Of a stretch of 32,000 bases of DNA, positions 1 through 8,011 are shown one piece after another. The stretch's first letter is position 1. The number at the start of each line of letters is the position of its first letter. Where the stretch lies: contig NC_009664.2 of NCBI RefSeq assembly GCF_000017305.1, positions 2,640,001 through 2,672,000 of the forward strand. The letters run 5' to 3'. Below the pieces are notes generated by a model that did not search any database, had not been told where the DNA came from, and saw nothing but the letters and a program-made list of their open reading frames with translations. Source of the DNA: Kineococcus radiotolerans SRS30216 = ATCC BAA-149. Lineage in GTDB: Bacteria; Actinomycetota; Actinomycetes; Actinomycetales; Kineococcaceae. The position numbers and the translations under genes were made by a program.

Positions 1-61
1 GCACGGGGGCGACCGCGCCCGGGAACCCGGTGGCGACCACGGGCGGGGAGGGCCACGGCAC
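1..61 (-). CDS. 5' end of an unidentified CDS that runs off the left edge (partial)
   Basis: The minus strand reads GGAGG, 7 nt, then GTG (GTG at 61..59). It is followed by 20 codons that all end in G/C (VPWPSPPVVATGFPGAVAPV...). Too short to name. Confidence 0.25.
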   Translation of the reverse strand, partial: MPWPSPPVVATGFPGAVAPV

Positions 62-190
62 GCGGGCACCTCCTCGCGTCGTCTCCACAGGCTTCACCCC
101 TGTGTCAACGGCGTGTCGCGGGCGGTACTGAAGCGTTCGACCGCGGCCGCTGGGCCGAACGTGGACCCGGCACCCGGTACCGGGACGACC

Positions 191-775
191 TCAGACCGCG
201 GTGCGGTGGAAGCCGCGCGCCGAGCGGCTCGGCGTCGGCCCCCGCTGGCCCTGGTAGCGCGAGCCCGAGGCGTCGCTGCCGTAGGGGTTCTCCGCGGGGG
301 AGGAGAGCTGGAAGAAGCAGAGCTGCCCGATCTTCATGCCCGGCCACAACGTGATGGGCAGCGTCGCCACGTTGGACAGCTCCAGGGTCACGTGGCCGGA
401 GAAGCCCGCGTCGATGAAGCCCGCCGTGGAGTGCGTCAGCAGCCCCAGCCGGCCCAGGCTGCTCTTGCCCTCCAGGCGGGCGGAGACGTCGTCGGGCAGC
501 GAGACGAGCTCGTAGGTCGAGCCCAGCACGAACTCGCCCGGGTGCAGGATGAACGGGTCCTCGGCGGGGACCTCGACCAGGCGGGTCAGGTCCGGCTGCT
601 CCTGCGCCGGGTCGATCACGGAGTACTTGTGGTTGTCGAAGAGCCGGAAGAAGCGGTCCAGGCGCACGTCGACGCTGCTCGGCTGGACCATCGAGGGGTC
701 GGACGGCTCGAGGACCACGCGGCCGGAGGCGAGCTGGGCACGGATGTCGCGGTCGGAGAGCAGCACGGGCGTCAC
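191..775 (-). CDS. dcd: dCTP deaminase (dUTPase-fold, Dcd family)
   Basis: 194-aa ORF with a GTG start. The N-terminus [11 protein letters not shown], the stretch VDVRLD..FRLF, and [28 protein letters not shown] are the characteristic Dcd pattern. Confidence 0.9.
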   Translation of the reverse strand: MTPVLLSDRDIRAQLASGRVVLEPSDPSMVQPSSVDVRLDRFFRLFDNHKYSVIDPAQEQPDLTRLVEVPAEDPFILHPGEFVLGSTYELVSLPDDVSARLEGKSSLGRLGLLTHSTAGFIDAGFSGHVTLELSNVATLPITLWPGMKIGQLCFFQLSSPAENPYGSDASGSRYQGQRGPTPSRSARGFHRTAV

Positions 776-844
776 GGTACCGCCGCTCGCAGCACCCGTC
801 CGCGTCCGTTACGATGGTCCCGCCCAGTGCGATCCGCTGGGTGC

Positions 845-918
845 GCGGGTGTAGTTCAATGGTAGAACTTCAGCTTCCCAAGCTGATAGTGCGAGTTCGA
901 TTCTCGTCACCCGCTCCA
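845..918 (+). tRNA. tRNA-Gly (anticodon CCC), CCA encoded
   Basis: Acceptor GCGGGTG pairs with CACCCGC. D-arm is AGTTCAATGGTAGAAC. The anticodon arm TCAGC-TTCCCAA-GCTGA gives CCC. T-arm is GCGAG-TTCGATT-CTCGT. Discriminator T and CCA occupy 915..918. Confidence 0.93.
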
Positions 919-920
919 GC

Positions 921-955
921 ACGAAGGCCCAGGTCCCGCGGACCTGGGCCTTCGT
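921..955. terminator. Perfect 15-bp stem-loop between tRNA-Gly and the convergent ferritin-like gene
   Basis: ACGAAGGCCCAGGTC (921-935), loop CCGCG, GACCTGGGCCTTCGT (941-955). It lies between two convergent 3' ends. There is no clear T-tract. Confidence 0.6.
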
Positions 956-971
956 CGTCCCCGGCCGCGCC

Positions 972-1886
972 TCACGCCGCCAGGACGGAGGCCCCCCGGC
1001 GCTCGCGGTACATCGCGGCGGCGTCGCGGAAGGCGGCCAGCGCGTACGCGGGGACCTGCAGCCCCTGCTGGTGCGCCCACAGCAGCTGGGTCTCCACCCG
1101 GGAGATGTCGCGCACGTTGCGCTCCAGCTCCTCGTCCAGGCCGAGCTCGACGACGACCCCGCCGAAGTCCGCGCGCTGCTCGCGCGTGCCCGCCCCGACG
1201 AGGCCGTAGCTGCGCGAGCGCAGCAGCCGGGCCAGGTGCAGCTGCCACCCGCTGATCGCCCCCGACTGCACCATCTCCTGCGCGCTGAGGCGGTAGAAGG
1301 CGAAGTGCCCCGGCTCCTGCACCTTGATCGCGTCCACGACCGTGCGTTTGACCGCGGTCTCGCCCATCTCGCCCAGGCCGTCGCTCATGGCCTGGTAGGC
1401 GAGCATCGCGGACTTCTCCGTCGCCGCGCCGGTCAGGTAGTAGAGCAGCCGGATGACCTCGTGGACGACGGGCAGGTGCGCCAGCGCGCCCAGGACGCGG
1501 ACCCGGGCGGGCACCTCGCCGGTGTTGGCGACGACCGGCGGCATCCCCAGGCGCTGGGTCAGGGTGTCCAGCAGGATCCCGTGGTGCTCCTCCTGCGGGC
1601 CCCACACGTCGGCGTAGAAGGCGCGGTCGGTGTCGCTGACGCCGGGGAGCAGGGTCGCGAGCTCCAGGACGTTGCGCTCGACCTCCATCTCCACCCGGGC
1701 CATGTACTCCATGACGTGCCCGAAGCGCTCCCGCACCGCGGCGGGGTCCACGAGGGAGTAGTCCGCCGACGCCAGGTCGACGGGGGGGTGGCGCTCGCCC
1801 AGGCGCTGGACGTGGTCGCGGATCCTGGTGGCCTCCGCGCGGGGTTCGGACATGGGGTGCGGCTCCTCGGTGGACGGGTTCGACAC
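972..1886 (-). CDS. Ferritin-like di-iron carboxylate protein (R2 / acyl-ACP-desaturase-like), function unknown
   Basis: 304-aa ORF with very high GC3. Putative metal ligands are spaced as E...ExxH...E...ExxH: VEMEVE, PQEEHH, ATEKS, QEPGHF. GTG start at 1886 follows GAAGGAAGG. An alternative ATG at 1853 follows GAGGAG. Confidence 0.55.
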   Translation of the reverse strand: MSNPSTEEPHPMSEPRAEATRIRDHVQRLGERHPPVDLASADYSLVDPAAVRERFGHVMEYMARVEMEVERNVLELATLLPGVSDTDRAFYADVWGPQEEHHGILLDTLTQRLGMPPVVANTGEVPARVRVLGALAHLPVVHEVIRLLYYLTGAATEKSAMLAYQAMSDGLGEMGETAVKRTVVDAIKVQEPGHFAFYRLSAQEMVQSGAISGWQLHLARLLRSRSYGLVGAGTREQRADFGGVVVELGLDEELERNVRDISRVETQLLWAHQQGLQVPAYALAAFRDAAAMYRERRGASVLAA

Positions 1887-2000
1887 CCTTCCTTCGGCGC
1901 CGCGGCCGCCGAGGTTTGCGGGACCACCCGTACGGCCCCCCCGGTGGCGCGGCCCGCGGGACGACTGCGCGCCACCTGTTCGTCACCCGGGTGCGGTTGA

Positions 2001-3827
2001 GTGCTCCCCATGCACCCTTGCGCACCCCTTCGCGGCGACGCGTCGTCGAGCCGCCGCTCCCCTTCCCCCCGCACCGTCCGCCTCGCGGCCGTCGGCAGCG
2101 CCGCGGCCCTCCTCGTCGGCCTCGGCGCCGCCGGCGCCACCGCCGCGCCCGCCCCGCCGTCCATCACCCTCGTCTCGATGACGGACGTGCACGGCCACGT
2201 CCTGGACTGGGACTACTTCGCCGGAGCCCCCTACGCGCAGGGCCGCGGGCTCGGCCTGGCGCGCGTCTCGACCGCCGTGGACCGGGTCCGCGCCGAGCGC
2301 GGCGCGGACTCCACGCTCGTCGTGGACAACGGCGACGCCATCCAGGGCACGCCCCTGACGTACTACTACTCCCGCCAGGAGCCGGTGACGGCCACGGGCG
2401 CGGTGCACCCGATGGCCCAGGCCTACGACGCCATCGGCCTCGACGCGCAGGTCGTGGGCAACCACGAGTTCAACTACGGCCTGGACACCCTGGCGAAGTA
2501 CCGCCTCGACCTCGACGCCCCCCTGCTGGGCGCCAACGTCCTCGACGACCGCACCGGCGCGCCGTACCTGCGCCCCTGGGTGCTGCGCGAGGTGACGCCC
2601 ACCGGCGGCGGGGACCCCGTCACCGTCGGGATCCTCGGCCTGACCACCCCCGGGTCCGCGGTCTGGGACAAGCAGAACGTCGAGGGGAAGCTGACCTTCG
2701 CCGACGTCGTGGAGACCGCGCGCACCGAGGTGCCGCGGATGAAGGCCGCCGGGGCGGACATCGTCGTCGTGCTCTCGCACTCCGGCCGCTCGGGGCCCTC
2801 CTCCTACGACGAGGCCGTCACGCCCGCCGAGAACGTCACCGACCGCGTCGCCGCGGAGGTCCCCGGGGTCGACGTCGTCGTGGCCGGGCACAGCCACCGC
2901 GACCTGCCGCAGGCGTGGGTGGACTCCACCGCCACCCCCGGCAAGCGGGTCCTGGTCACCCAGCCCTACCGCTGGGGCGCCTCGGTCACCGTCAGCCAGC
3001 TGGAGCTGCGCCGCGACGGCGACGGCTGGGCCCTGGGCGACGCCGACGTCCAGGAGATCCGCAGCGCCGACGTCCCCGAGGACCCGGAGATCGTCGACCT
3101 GGTCTCCGAGGAGCACGAGGCGACGGTCGCCTACGTGAACCAGGTCGTCGCCACCTCCACGCAGGAGTTGCCCGCGACGGAGTCCCGCTGGCGCGACACC
3201 CCGCTCATCGACTTCATCCAGCGGGTGCAGACCGACACCGTGCGCGCGGCCGTCGCCGGCACCCCGGACGCGGAGCTGCCGGTGCTGTCCATCGCCGCGC
3301 CCTTCAGCCGCACCGCGGTCTTCCCGCAGGGCGAGGTCACCGTCAAGGACGTCGCCGGGCTCTACGAGTTCGACAACACCCTGCAGGCGGTGCGCATGAC
3401 CGGCGCGCAGGTCCGCGAGTACCTGGAGACCTCGGCGGAGTACTACGCCAGCGTCCCGCCGGGGAACCCCGCCGACCCGGAGTCCCTGGCGACGGGGCAG
3501 ACCCCGGACTACAACCTCGACCAGCTCTCCGGGGTCGAGTACGAGCTCGACCTCGCCCAGCCGGCCGGGTCGCGGGTCGCCCGCCTGGAGCTCGACGGCG
3601 TCCCCGTCGCCGACGACGCGCAGTTCGTCGTCGCGGTCAACAACTACCGCCGCTCCGGGGGCGGCGGGTTCCCGCACGTCGCGCAGGCCCCCGTCGTCTA
3701 CGACCAGCAGGCGGAGATCCGCCAGCTCCTCATCGACGCCGCGCAGGAGTCCGGGACCATCGACCCGGCCGACTTCGCCGTCGAGAACTGGTGGCTGACC
3801 GCCGGCGGCGAGCGCCTCTTCGACTGA
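2001..3827 (+). CDS. Secreted bifunctional metallophosphatase / 5'-nucleotidase (CpdB/UshA-like)
   Basis: 608-aa ORF. Calcineurin-like motifs DVHGH, DNGDAIQGT and GNHEFNYG, plus a C-terminal 5'-nucleotidase-type domain. The N-terminus SSRRSPSPRTVRLAAVGSAAALLVGLGAAGATAAP looks like a Sec/Tat signal peptide. Start is GTG 2001 or ATG 2010. Confidence 0.85.
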   Translation: MLPMHPCAPLRGDASSSRRSPSPRTVRLAAVGSAAALLVGLGAAGATAAPAPPSITLVSMTDVHGHVLDWDYFAGAPYAQGRGLGLARVSTAVDRVRAERGADSTLVVDNGDAIQGTPLTYYYSRQEPVTATGAVHPMAQAYDAIGLDAQVVGNHEFNYGLDTLAKYRLDLDAPLLGANVLDDRTGAPYLRPWVLREVTPTGGGDPVTVGILGLTTPGSAVWDKQNVEGKLTFADVVETARTEVPRMKAAGADIVVVLSHSGRSGPSSYDEAVTPAENVTDRVAAEVPGVDVVVAGHSHRDLPQAWVDSTATPGKRVLVTQPYRWGASVTVSQLELRRDGDGWALGDADVQEIRSADVPEDPEIVDLVSEEHEATVAYVNQVVATSTQELPATESRWRDTPLIDFIQRVQTDTVRAAVAGTPDAELPVLSIAAPFSRTAVFPQGEVTVKDVAGLYEFDNTLQAVRMTGAQVREYLETSAEYYASVPPGNPADPESLATGQTPDYNLDQLSGVEYELDLAQPAGSRVARLELDGVPVADDAQFVVAVNNYRRSGGGGFPHVAQAPVVYDQQAEIRQLLIDAAQESGTIDPADFAVENWWLTAGGERLFD

Positions 3828-3850
3828 GCGCCCCCTCCACCGGACGCGAC

Positions 3851-3882
3851 GCGACGCCGGCCCCGCGCGGGGCCGGCGTCGC
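3851..3882 (+). terminator. Perfect 14-bp GC stem-loop after the nucleotidase gene
   Basis: GCGACGCCGGCCCC, loop GCGC, GGGGCCGGCGTCGC, beginning 24 nt after the stop codon. Confidence 0.55.
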
Positions 3883-3931
3883 CCGCGTAGCCTCGCGCCA
3901 CGGACGAGGAAGTCGAGACGGGAGAACACCC

Positions 3932-4915
3932 ATGGCGTTGCGCGTGCTGTTCATCGGCGGCACCGGGATCATCAGCTCGGCCTGCGCGGCGCTGGCCGTG
4001 GAACGCGGGGTCGACCTCACCGTCCTCAACCGCGGCAGCGGGCGGCGCGGGGTCCCCGAGGGGGTCAGGGCGCTGACCGCCGACGTCCGCGACCCGGTGG
4101 CGCTGCGGGAGGCGCTGGGCGGGGAGGAGTTCGACGTGGTCGTCGACTTCATCGCCTTCACCCCCGACCACGTGCGCGCCGACGTGGAGACCTTCGCGGG
4201 CCGCACCGGCCAGTACGTCTTCGTCTCCAGCGCCAGCGCCTACCAGAAGCCCGTGGGGCACCTGCCGATCACGGAGTCCACGCCGCTGCACAACCCGTTC
4301 TGGGCGTACTCCCGCGACAAGATCGCCTGCGAGGAGCTGCTCACCCGGGCCTACCGCGAGGACGGCTTCCCCGCCGTCGTCGTGCGGCCCAGCCACACCT
4401 ACGACCGCACCCTGGTCCCGCTGGACGACGGGTGGACGGCGATCGACCGGATGCGGCGCGGCAAGGCCGTCGTCGTGCCCGGCGACGGCACCTCGCTGTG
4501 GGTGCTGACCCACCACACCGACTTCGCGAAGGGGTTCGTGCCGCTGCTGGGGGAACCGGCCGTCACCGGCGAGGCGGTCCACATCACCGGCGACGAGGTC
4601 CTCACCTGGGACGGGATCGCCCGGCGGCTGGCGACCGCGGCGGGGGTGGCCGAACCCCGGCTGGTGCACGTGCCCAGCGACGTCATCGCCCGCGAGGCCC
4701 CCGACCGCGGGCCGGGGCTGCTGGGGGACAAGGCGCACTCGGTGGTCTTCGACAACACCAAGCTGAAGCGGCTGGTGCCGGGCTTCGCCGCGACGATCCC
4801 CTTCGCGGCGGGGGCGCGGGAGATCGTGGACCACCACGACGCCCACCCGGAGCTGAAGGTCGTCGACCCGGAGGTCGAGGCGCGCCTGGACCGGCTCGTG
4901 GAGCGGTTCGGCTAG
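3932..4915 (+). CDS. NAD-dependent epimerase/dehydratase family protein (extended SDR)
   Basis: ATG 3932 follows GGAGA. The N-terminal Rossmann motif is VLFIGGTGIISS and the YxxxK motif is YSRDK. The 999-aa track ORF 1916..4915 is the same frame read through upstream non-coding and other-frame sequence. Confidence 0.85.
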   Translation: MALRVLFIGGTGIISSACAALAVERGVDLTVLNRGSGRRGVPEGVRALTADVRDPVALREALGGEEFDVVVDFIAFTPDHVRADVETFAGRTGQYVFVSSASAYQKPVGHLPITESTPLHNPFWAYSRDKIACEELLTRAYREDGFPAVVVRPSHTYDRTLVPLDDGWTAIDRMRRGKAVVVPGDGTSLWVLTHHTDFAKGFVPLLGEPAVTGEAVHITGDEVLTWDGIARRLATAAGVAEPRLVHVPSDVIAREAPDRGPGLLGDKAHSVVFDNTKLKRLVPGFAATIPFAAGAREIVDHHDAHPELKVVDPEVEARLDRLVERFG

Positions 4916-4931
4916 GACCGGCCCGGACGCG

Positions 4932-4966
4932 GCGAGGGGGACGGCCGTCGTGGCCGTCCCCCTCGC
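4932..4966. terminator. Bidirectional terminator-like perfect 15-bp stem-loop
   Basis: GCGAGGGGGACGGCC, loop GTCGT, GGCCGTCCCCCTCGC. It lies between the convergent epimerase and csbD-like genes. Confidence 0.6.
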
Positions 4967-4977
4967 GCTCGTCGGGC

Positions 4978-5151
4978 TCAGCCCTTGAAGGCGTCCTTGA
5001 CGTGCTCGCCGCGCTGCTTGAGGTCGGCGGCACCCTGGTCCGCCTGGCCCTCGCGACGCAGCGCCTCGTCGCCCTTGGCCCCGCCCGCGGCCTCCTTGGC
5101 CTTGCCGGCGACGTCCTGGGCAGCGTTCTTGATCTTGTCCGCAGCGCTCAC
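4978..5151 (-). CDS. CsbD-family general stress protein
   Basis: GTG 5151 is preceded by GAGGAGGTAGCC. The 57-aa product SAADKIKNAAQDVAGKAKEAAG..EGQADQ..DLKQRGEHVKDAFKG matches the CsbD repeat pattern. The 84-aa track ORF is an upstream extension. Confidence 0.8.
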   Translation of the reverse strand: MSAADKIKNAAQDVAGKAKEAAGGAKGDEALRREGQADQGAADLKQRGEHVKDAFKG

Positions 5152-5245
5152 GGCTACCTCCTCAGCAGCACCGGGGAGGTGGCGGACGATCATCCGTCGA
5201 TGCCCGTTCCCGGTGCGGTCGCAGTCCAGCACGGGCCGGGCGCGA

Positions 5246-5273
5246 CCGCACCCGGGGACGCCGCCGGGTGCGG
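5246..5273 (-). terminator. 10-bp stem-loop just downstream of the DUF4235 gene
   Basis: CCGCACCCGG (5246-5255) pairs with CCGGGTGCGG (5264-5273) across an 8-nt loop. It starts 5 nt after the DUF4235 stop on the minus strand. Confidence 0.4.
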
Positions 5274-5277
5274 GGGG

Positions 5278-5580
5278 TCAGGCGTTCTGCGCGGCCCCGC
5301 CGTCGTCGCCCGGCCCCAGGCCCGGGGGCAGCTCGCCGAAGCTCTTGCGGTACCAGACCGCGGCCTGGCGCTCCACGATCAGCCGGGTGACGCCGATGAT
5401 CGCGCCGGAGGCCAGCGCCCAGACCAGCGCCTCCTTCCAGGCCACGTCCGGGTCCTCCGGGTTGTCCGGCGGCGGCGACTTGGTCACCGCGACCCAGGCC
5501 TTCTTCGTGACGCGGCTCGCGACAGCGGTCGCGAGGATGCCGGCTCCGGGGCCGACCAGCTTCCAGACGATCGAGCTCAT
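5278..5580 (-). CDS. DUF4235 domain-containing membrane-associated protein
   Basis: 100 aa. The pattern MSSIVWKLVGPGAGILATAVASRVTKKAWV...EDPDVAWKEALVWALASGAIIGVTRLI is the typical DUF4235 layout as I recall it. Confidence 0.7.
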   Translation of the reverse strand: MSSIVWKLVGPGAGILATAVASRVTKKAWVAVTKSPPPDNPEDPDVAWKEALVWALASGAIIGVTRLIVERQAAVWYRKSFGELPPGLGPGDDGGAAQNA

Positions 5581-5595
5581 GGCGCGAACCCTGCC

Positions 5596-5736
5596 CTACA
5601 GCAGTCCCAGGAGCCAGCCCAGGACCGGGGTCAGCGCGGCGGCGCTGCCGCCGAGGACGGCGACGAGCACCAGCAGCGTCAGCAACCGGACCCCCCTCGA
5701 GGGGCCGCCGTCAGGGCCTCGCATCATCCGCAGCAC
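5596..5736 (-). CDS. Candidate small single-TM protein (46 aa)
   Basis: GTG 5736 lies 8 nt after GGGAGG. An alternative ATGATG start is at 5727. Product VLRMMRGPDGGPSRGVRLLTLLVLVAVLGGSAAALTPVLGWLLGLL. GC3 is above 90%. It ends 15 nt before the DUF4235 start. No homology call is possible from here. Confidence 0.35.
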   Translation of the reverse strand: MLRMMRGPDGGPSRGVRLLTLLVLVAVLGGSAAALTPVLGWLLGLL

Positions 5737-5778
5737 GCGCCCATCCTCCCAGCCCGCGGGAGGTAGGGTGCGGAGCAC

Positions 5779-5868
5779 AACGACAGGGGAGCGCCGTGGG
5801 GCGCTGAGAGTGCGGGTTTCCGCAGACCCTCGAACCTGATCCGGTTCAGACCGGCGTAGGGAGTCGGG
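5779..5868 (+). promoter_or_regulatory. TPP (THI-box) riboswitch
   Basis: Contains the conserved THI-box string GGGGAGC...CTGAGA...ACCC..GAACCTGATCCGGTTCAGACCGGCGTAGGGA. It sits directly upstream of a ykoE-type thiamine-precursor transporter gene. Confidence 0.88.
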
Positions 5869-5904
5869 ACGTCCTCGACCGGTGGCCACCACGGCCCCGG
5901 TCCC

Positions 5905-5923
5905 CCTCCTGCACCACAGGAGG
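5905..5923 (+). promoter_or_regulatory. SD-sequestering hairpin (riboswitch expression platform)
   Basis: CCTCCTG, loop CACCA, CAGGAGG. The 3' arm is the Shine-Dalgarno sequence, 5 nt upstream of ATG 5929. Confidence 0.6.
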
Positions 5924-5928
5924 AACTG

Positions 5929-6534
5929 ATGAGCACCACCCTCACCCGCTCGCGCGGCGCCGCCCGCTGGCGCACCGTCGACCTCCTCACCGCCGCCGTC
6001 CTCGGCGTCGCCTTCGGCGTCGTCTTCTGGGGCTGGGGCGTCGTCTACACCGCGCTCACCCCCGTCTTCGCGGCCGTGCCCTTCGTGCAGAGCCTGCTCA
6101 GCGGGGTGTGGCTGCTGCCCGCGGTCGTCGCCGCGCTGGTGGTCCGCCGCCCGGGCGCGGCGCTGCTGGCCGAGATGGTCGCCGCCTCCGTGGAGGCGCT
6201 GCTGGGCAGCCACTGGGGCTTCTCGGTCCTGATCTCCGGCGCGATCCAGGGCTTCGGGGTCGAGCTGGCCGTCGCGCTGTTCGCCTGGCGCCGGTTCGGC
6301 CCGCCCGTCGCCGTGCTCGGCGGGGTGCTCGCCGCGCTGCTGGAGGGCGTGTACGAGCTGCACGCCTACTACGCGGGGGTGTGGACGCTGCCCTTCCAGG
6401 TCGTCTACGTCGCCTGCTTCGTCGTCTCCGGCGCCGTCGTCGCCGGGCTCGGCGGGTGGGCGCTGGTGCGCGGGCTGGCCCGGTCCGGGGCGCTGGGGGC
6501 CTTCGCGGCCGGGCGCGACCACCGGCGTGGCTGA
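5929..6534 (+). CDS. ykoE: ECF transporter S component, YkoE family (HMP/thiamine precursor)
   Basis: 201-aa polytopic membrane protein behind a TPP riboswitch and followed by a duplicated ECF ATPase and a T component. This is the ykoEDC arrangement. Confidence 0.8.
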   Translation: MSTTLTRSRGAARWRTVDLLTAAVLGVAFGVVFWGWGVVYTALTPVFAAVPFVQSLLSGVWLLPAVVAALVVRRPGAALLAEMVAASVEALLGSHWGFSVLISGAIQGFGVELAVALFAWRRFGPPVAVLGGVLAALLEGVYELHAYYAGVWTLPFQVVYVACFVVSGAVVAGLGGWALVRGLARSGALGAFAAGRDHRRG

Positions 6535-8011
6535 CCTGACCCTGCGCGGGCTCACCGTCGTCCCCGCGGGCGGGACGCGGCCGGTCGTGGCCGACGTCGA
6601 CCTCGACGTCGGCCACGGGGAGCACGTGCTGCTCGTCGGTGCCAGCGGCTCGGGCAAGTCCACGGTCCTGCGGGCCCTGGCCGGGCTGCTGGACGACGAC
6701 GTCGACGCGAGCGGGGAGGTCCTCCTCGACGGCCGCCCGCCGCTCGCCGGGGAGGTGGGGCTGCTCGTGCAGGACCCCCTCGACGCCGTCGTCGCCGAGC
6801 TCGCCGGGCGCGACACCGCCTTCGGCCCGGAGAACGCCGGCCTGGAGCGGACCGCGATCTGGCGCCGCGTCGCCCGGGCCCACGAGGCGGCCCGCTACAC
6901 CGCCGGCCGCGACCGCGAGGTCGTCACCCTCTCCGGCGGGGAGCGCCAGCGCCTCGCCCTGGCCGGCACCCTGGCCGCCGACCCGGCCGTCCTGCTGCTG
7001 GACGAACCCACCTCGATGCTCGACGCCCCGACCGCGCGCGCCGTGCGGACCGCGGTCCTCGACGCCGCCCGCGGCCGGGGTCTCGTCGTCGTCGACCACG
7101 ACCTCGCGGGCTGGGCCCCGCACGTGGACCGCGTCGTCGTCCTGGGCCGCGAGGGCCGGGTGGTGGCCGCCGGCGCGCCGGCGGCGGTCCTGGCCGACCC
7201 GGCGCTGCTGGCCGACGGGCTGTGGCTGCCCGGCGCCCCGCCGCCGCGGCCGGTGGACCTGCCCGACGGGCTCCTGCGCCCCTGGCTCGACGTCGGGGGG
7301 GAGCTGCTGCGCGGTCGCGGCATCGGGCTCGTCCGCCGCCGCCGCGGGCTGCGCGCGACGCCGCCGGTGACGGTCCTGCGCGACGTCGACGTGGCCCTGC
7401 CCGCCGGCGCGAGCACCCCCCTGACCGGCGACAGCGGGTCGGGGAAGTCCAGCCTGCTGGCGGTGCTGGCCGGGCTGGTCCGCCCCACCGGGGACCTCGT
7501 CGCGGCGCCCGGGTTCGCCCCGGCGCGCCGGGGCGGTCGTCCCTGCCCCCCGCACGCCTGGCGCTCGCGCGAGCTCGCCGCCCGCACCGGCTGGGTCCCG
7601 CAGTTCCCCGAGCACTCCTTCCTCGCCGGCGACGTCCGCGGCGAGGTCCGGGCCACGCCGCAGGTCCTGGGCCGCCCCACCGACCGCGCCGACGCCCTGC
7701 TGGAGGTCCTCGGGCTGAGCGCGCGCGCCGGGGTGAACCCGTTCCGCCTCTCCGGGGGCGAGCAGCGCCGGCTGGCGCTGGCCGCGGCGGCGGCGGCCGG
7801 GCCGGCGCTGCTGCTGGCCGACGAGCCGACCGTGGGTCAGGACCGGGGCACCTGGGCCGCGGTGGCGGGGTTGCTGGCGGCCGCCGCGGGCGCCGGGGCC
7901 GCCGTCGCCGTCAGCACCCACGACGGGGCCCTCGTGCGGGCGCTGGCTCCGCGCGGTGGGGGCGTCCACCTCGTCGGGGGCACGAGCGGGCCCCGCGAGG
8001 TGGCGGCGTGA
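6527..8011 (+). CDS. ykoD: ECF transporter ATPase with two fused ABC domains (YkoD-like)
   Basis: Two Walker A motifs (GASGSGKST, GDSGSGKSS), two signature motifs (LSGGERQR, LSGGEQRR) and two Walker B motifs (LLLDEPT, LLADEPT). GTG 6527 overlaps the ykoE stop. Confidence 0.88.
   Translation: MADLTLRGLTVVPAGGTRPVVADVDLDVGHGEHVLLVGASGSGKSTVLRALAGLLDDDVDASGEVLLDGRPPLAGEVGLLVQDPLDAVVAELAGRDTAFGPENAGLERTAIWRRVARAHEAARYTAGRDREVVTLSGGERQRLALAGTLAADPAVLLLDEPTSMLDAPTARAVRTAVLDAARGRGLVVVDHDLAGWAPHVDRVVVLGREGRVVAAGAPAAVLADPALLADGLWLPGAPPPRPVDLPDGLLRPWLDVGGELLRGRGIGLVRRRRGLRATPPVTVLRDVDVALPAGASTPLTGDSGSGKSSLLAVLAGLVRPTGDLVAAPGFAPARRGGRPCPPHAWRSRELAARTGWVPQFPEHSFLAGDVRGEVRATPQVLGRPTDRADALLEVLGLSARAGVNPFRLSGGEQRRLALAAAAAAGPALLLADEPTVGQDRGTWAAVAGLLAAAAGAGAAVAVSTHDGALVRALAPRGGGVHLVGGTSGPREVAA

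Noticed and set aside
103-108. Perfect TTGACA (minus strand) upstream of the partial left-edge CDS as a promoter
   Set aside because: No acceptable -10 hexamer lies at 16-19 nt spacing (GAGACG/GACGAC). A single hexamer match is not enough to call a promoter.
845-960. tRNA-Gly as a possible integration hotspot or genomic-island boundary
   Set aside because: There is no integrase, no direct repeat of the tRNA 3' end further along the window, and no compositional shift. The flanking genes (dcd, ferritin-like, nucleotidase) look like core genome.
1916-4915. 999-aa plus-strand ORF
   Set aside because: Only the C-terminal 327 codons (from ATG 3932, with its own SD and a Rossmann motif) are credible. 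The upstream two-thirds is an Arg/Pro-rich alternative frame of the 5'-nucleotidase gene.
5724-5990. 88-aa minus-strand ORF overlapping the TPP riboswitch and the ykoE start
   Set aside because: It overlaps a well-defined riboswitch and the 5' end of a supported gene. Its composition is poor and it has no SD. It is most likely spurious.
6098-7969. 623-aa minus-strand ORF, plus similar ORFs at 10161..11687, 25314..27590, 8435..10111 and 30158..31906
   Set aside because: All are antisense or off-frame to strongly supported genes (ykoD, dnaK, clpB, DUF3616-like, hydrolase/ANTAR). All have Arg/Gly/Pro/Asp-rich compositions with no domain signatures.
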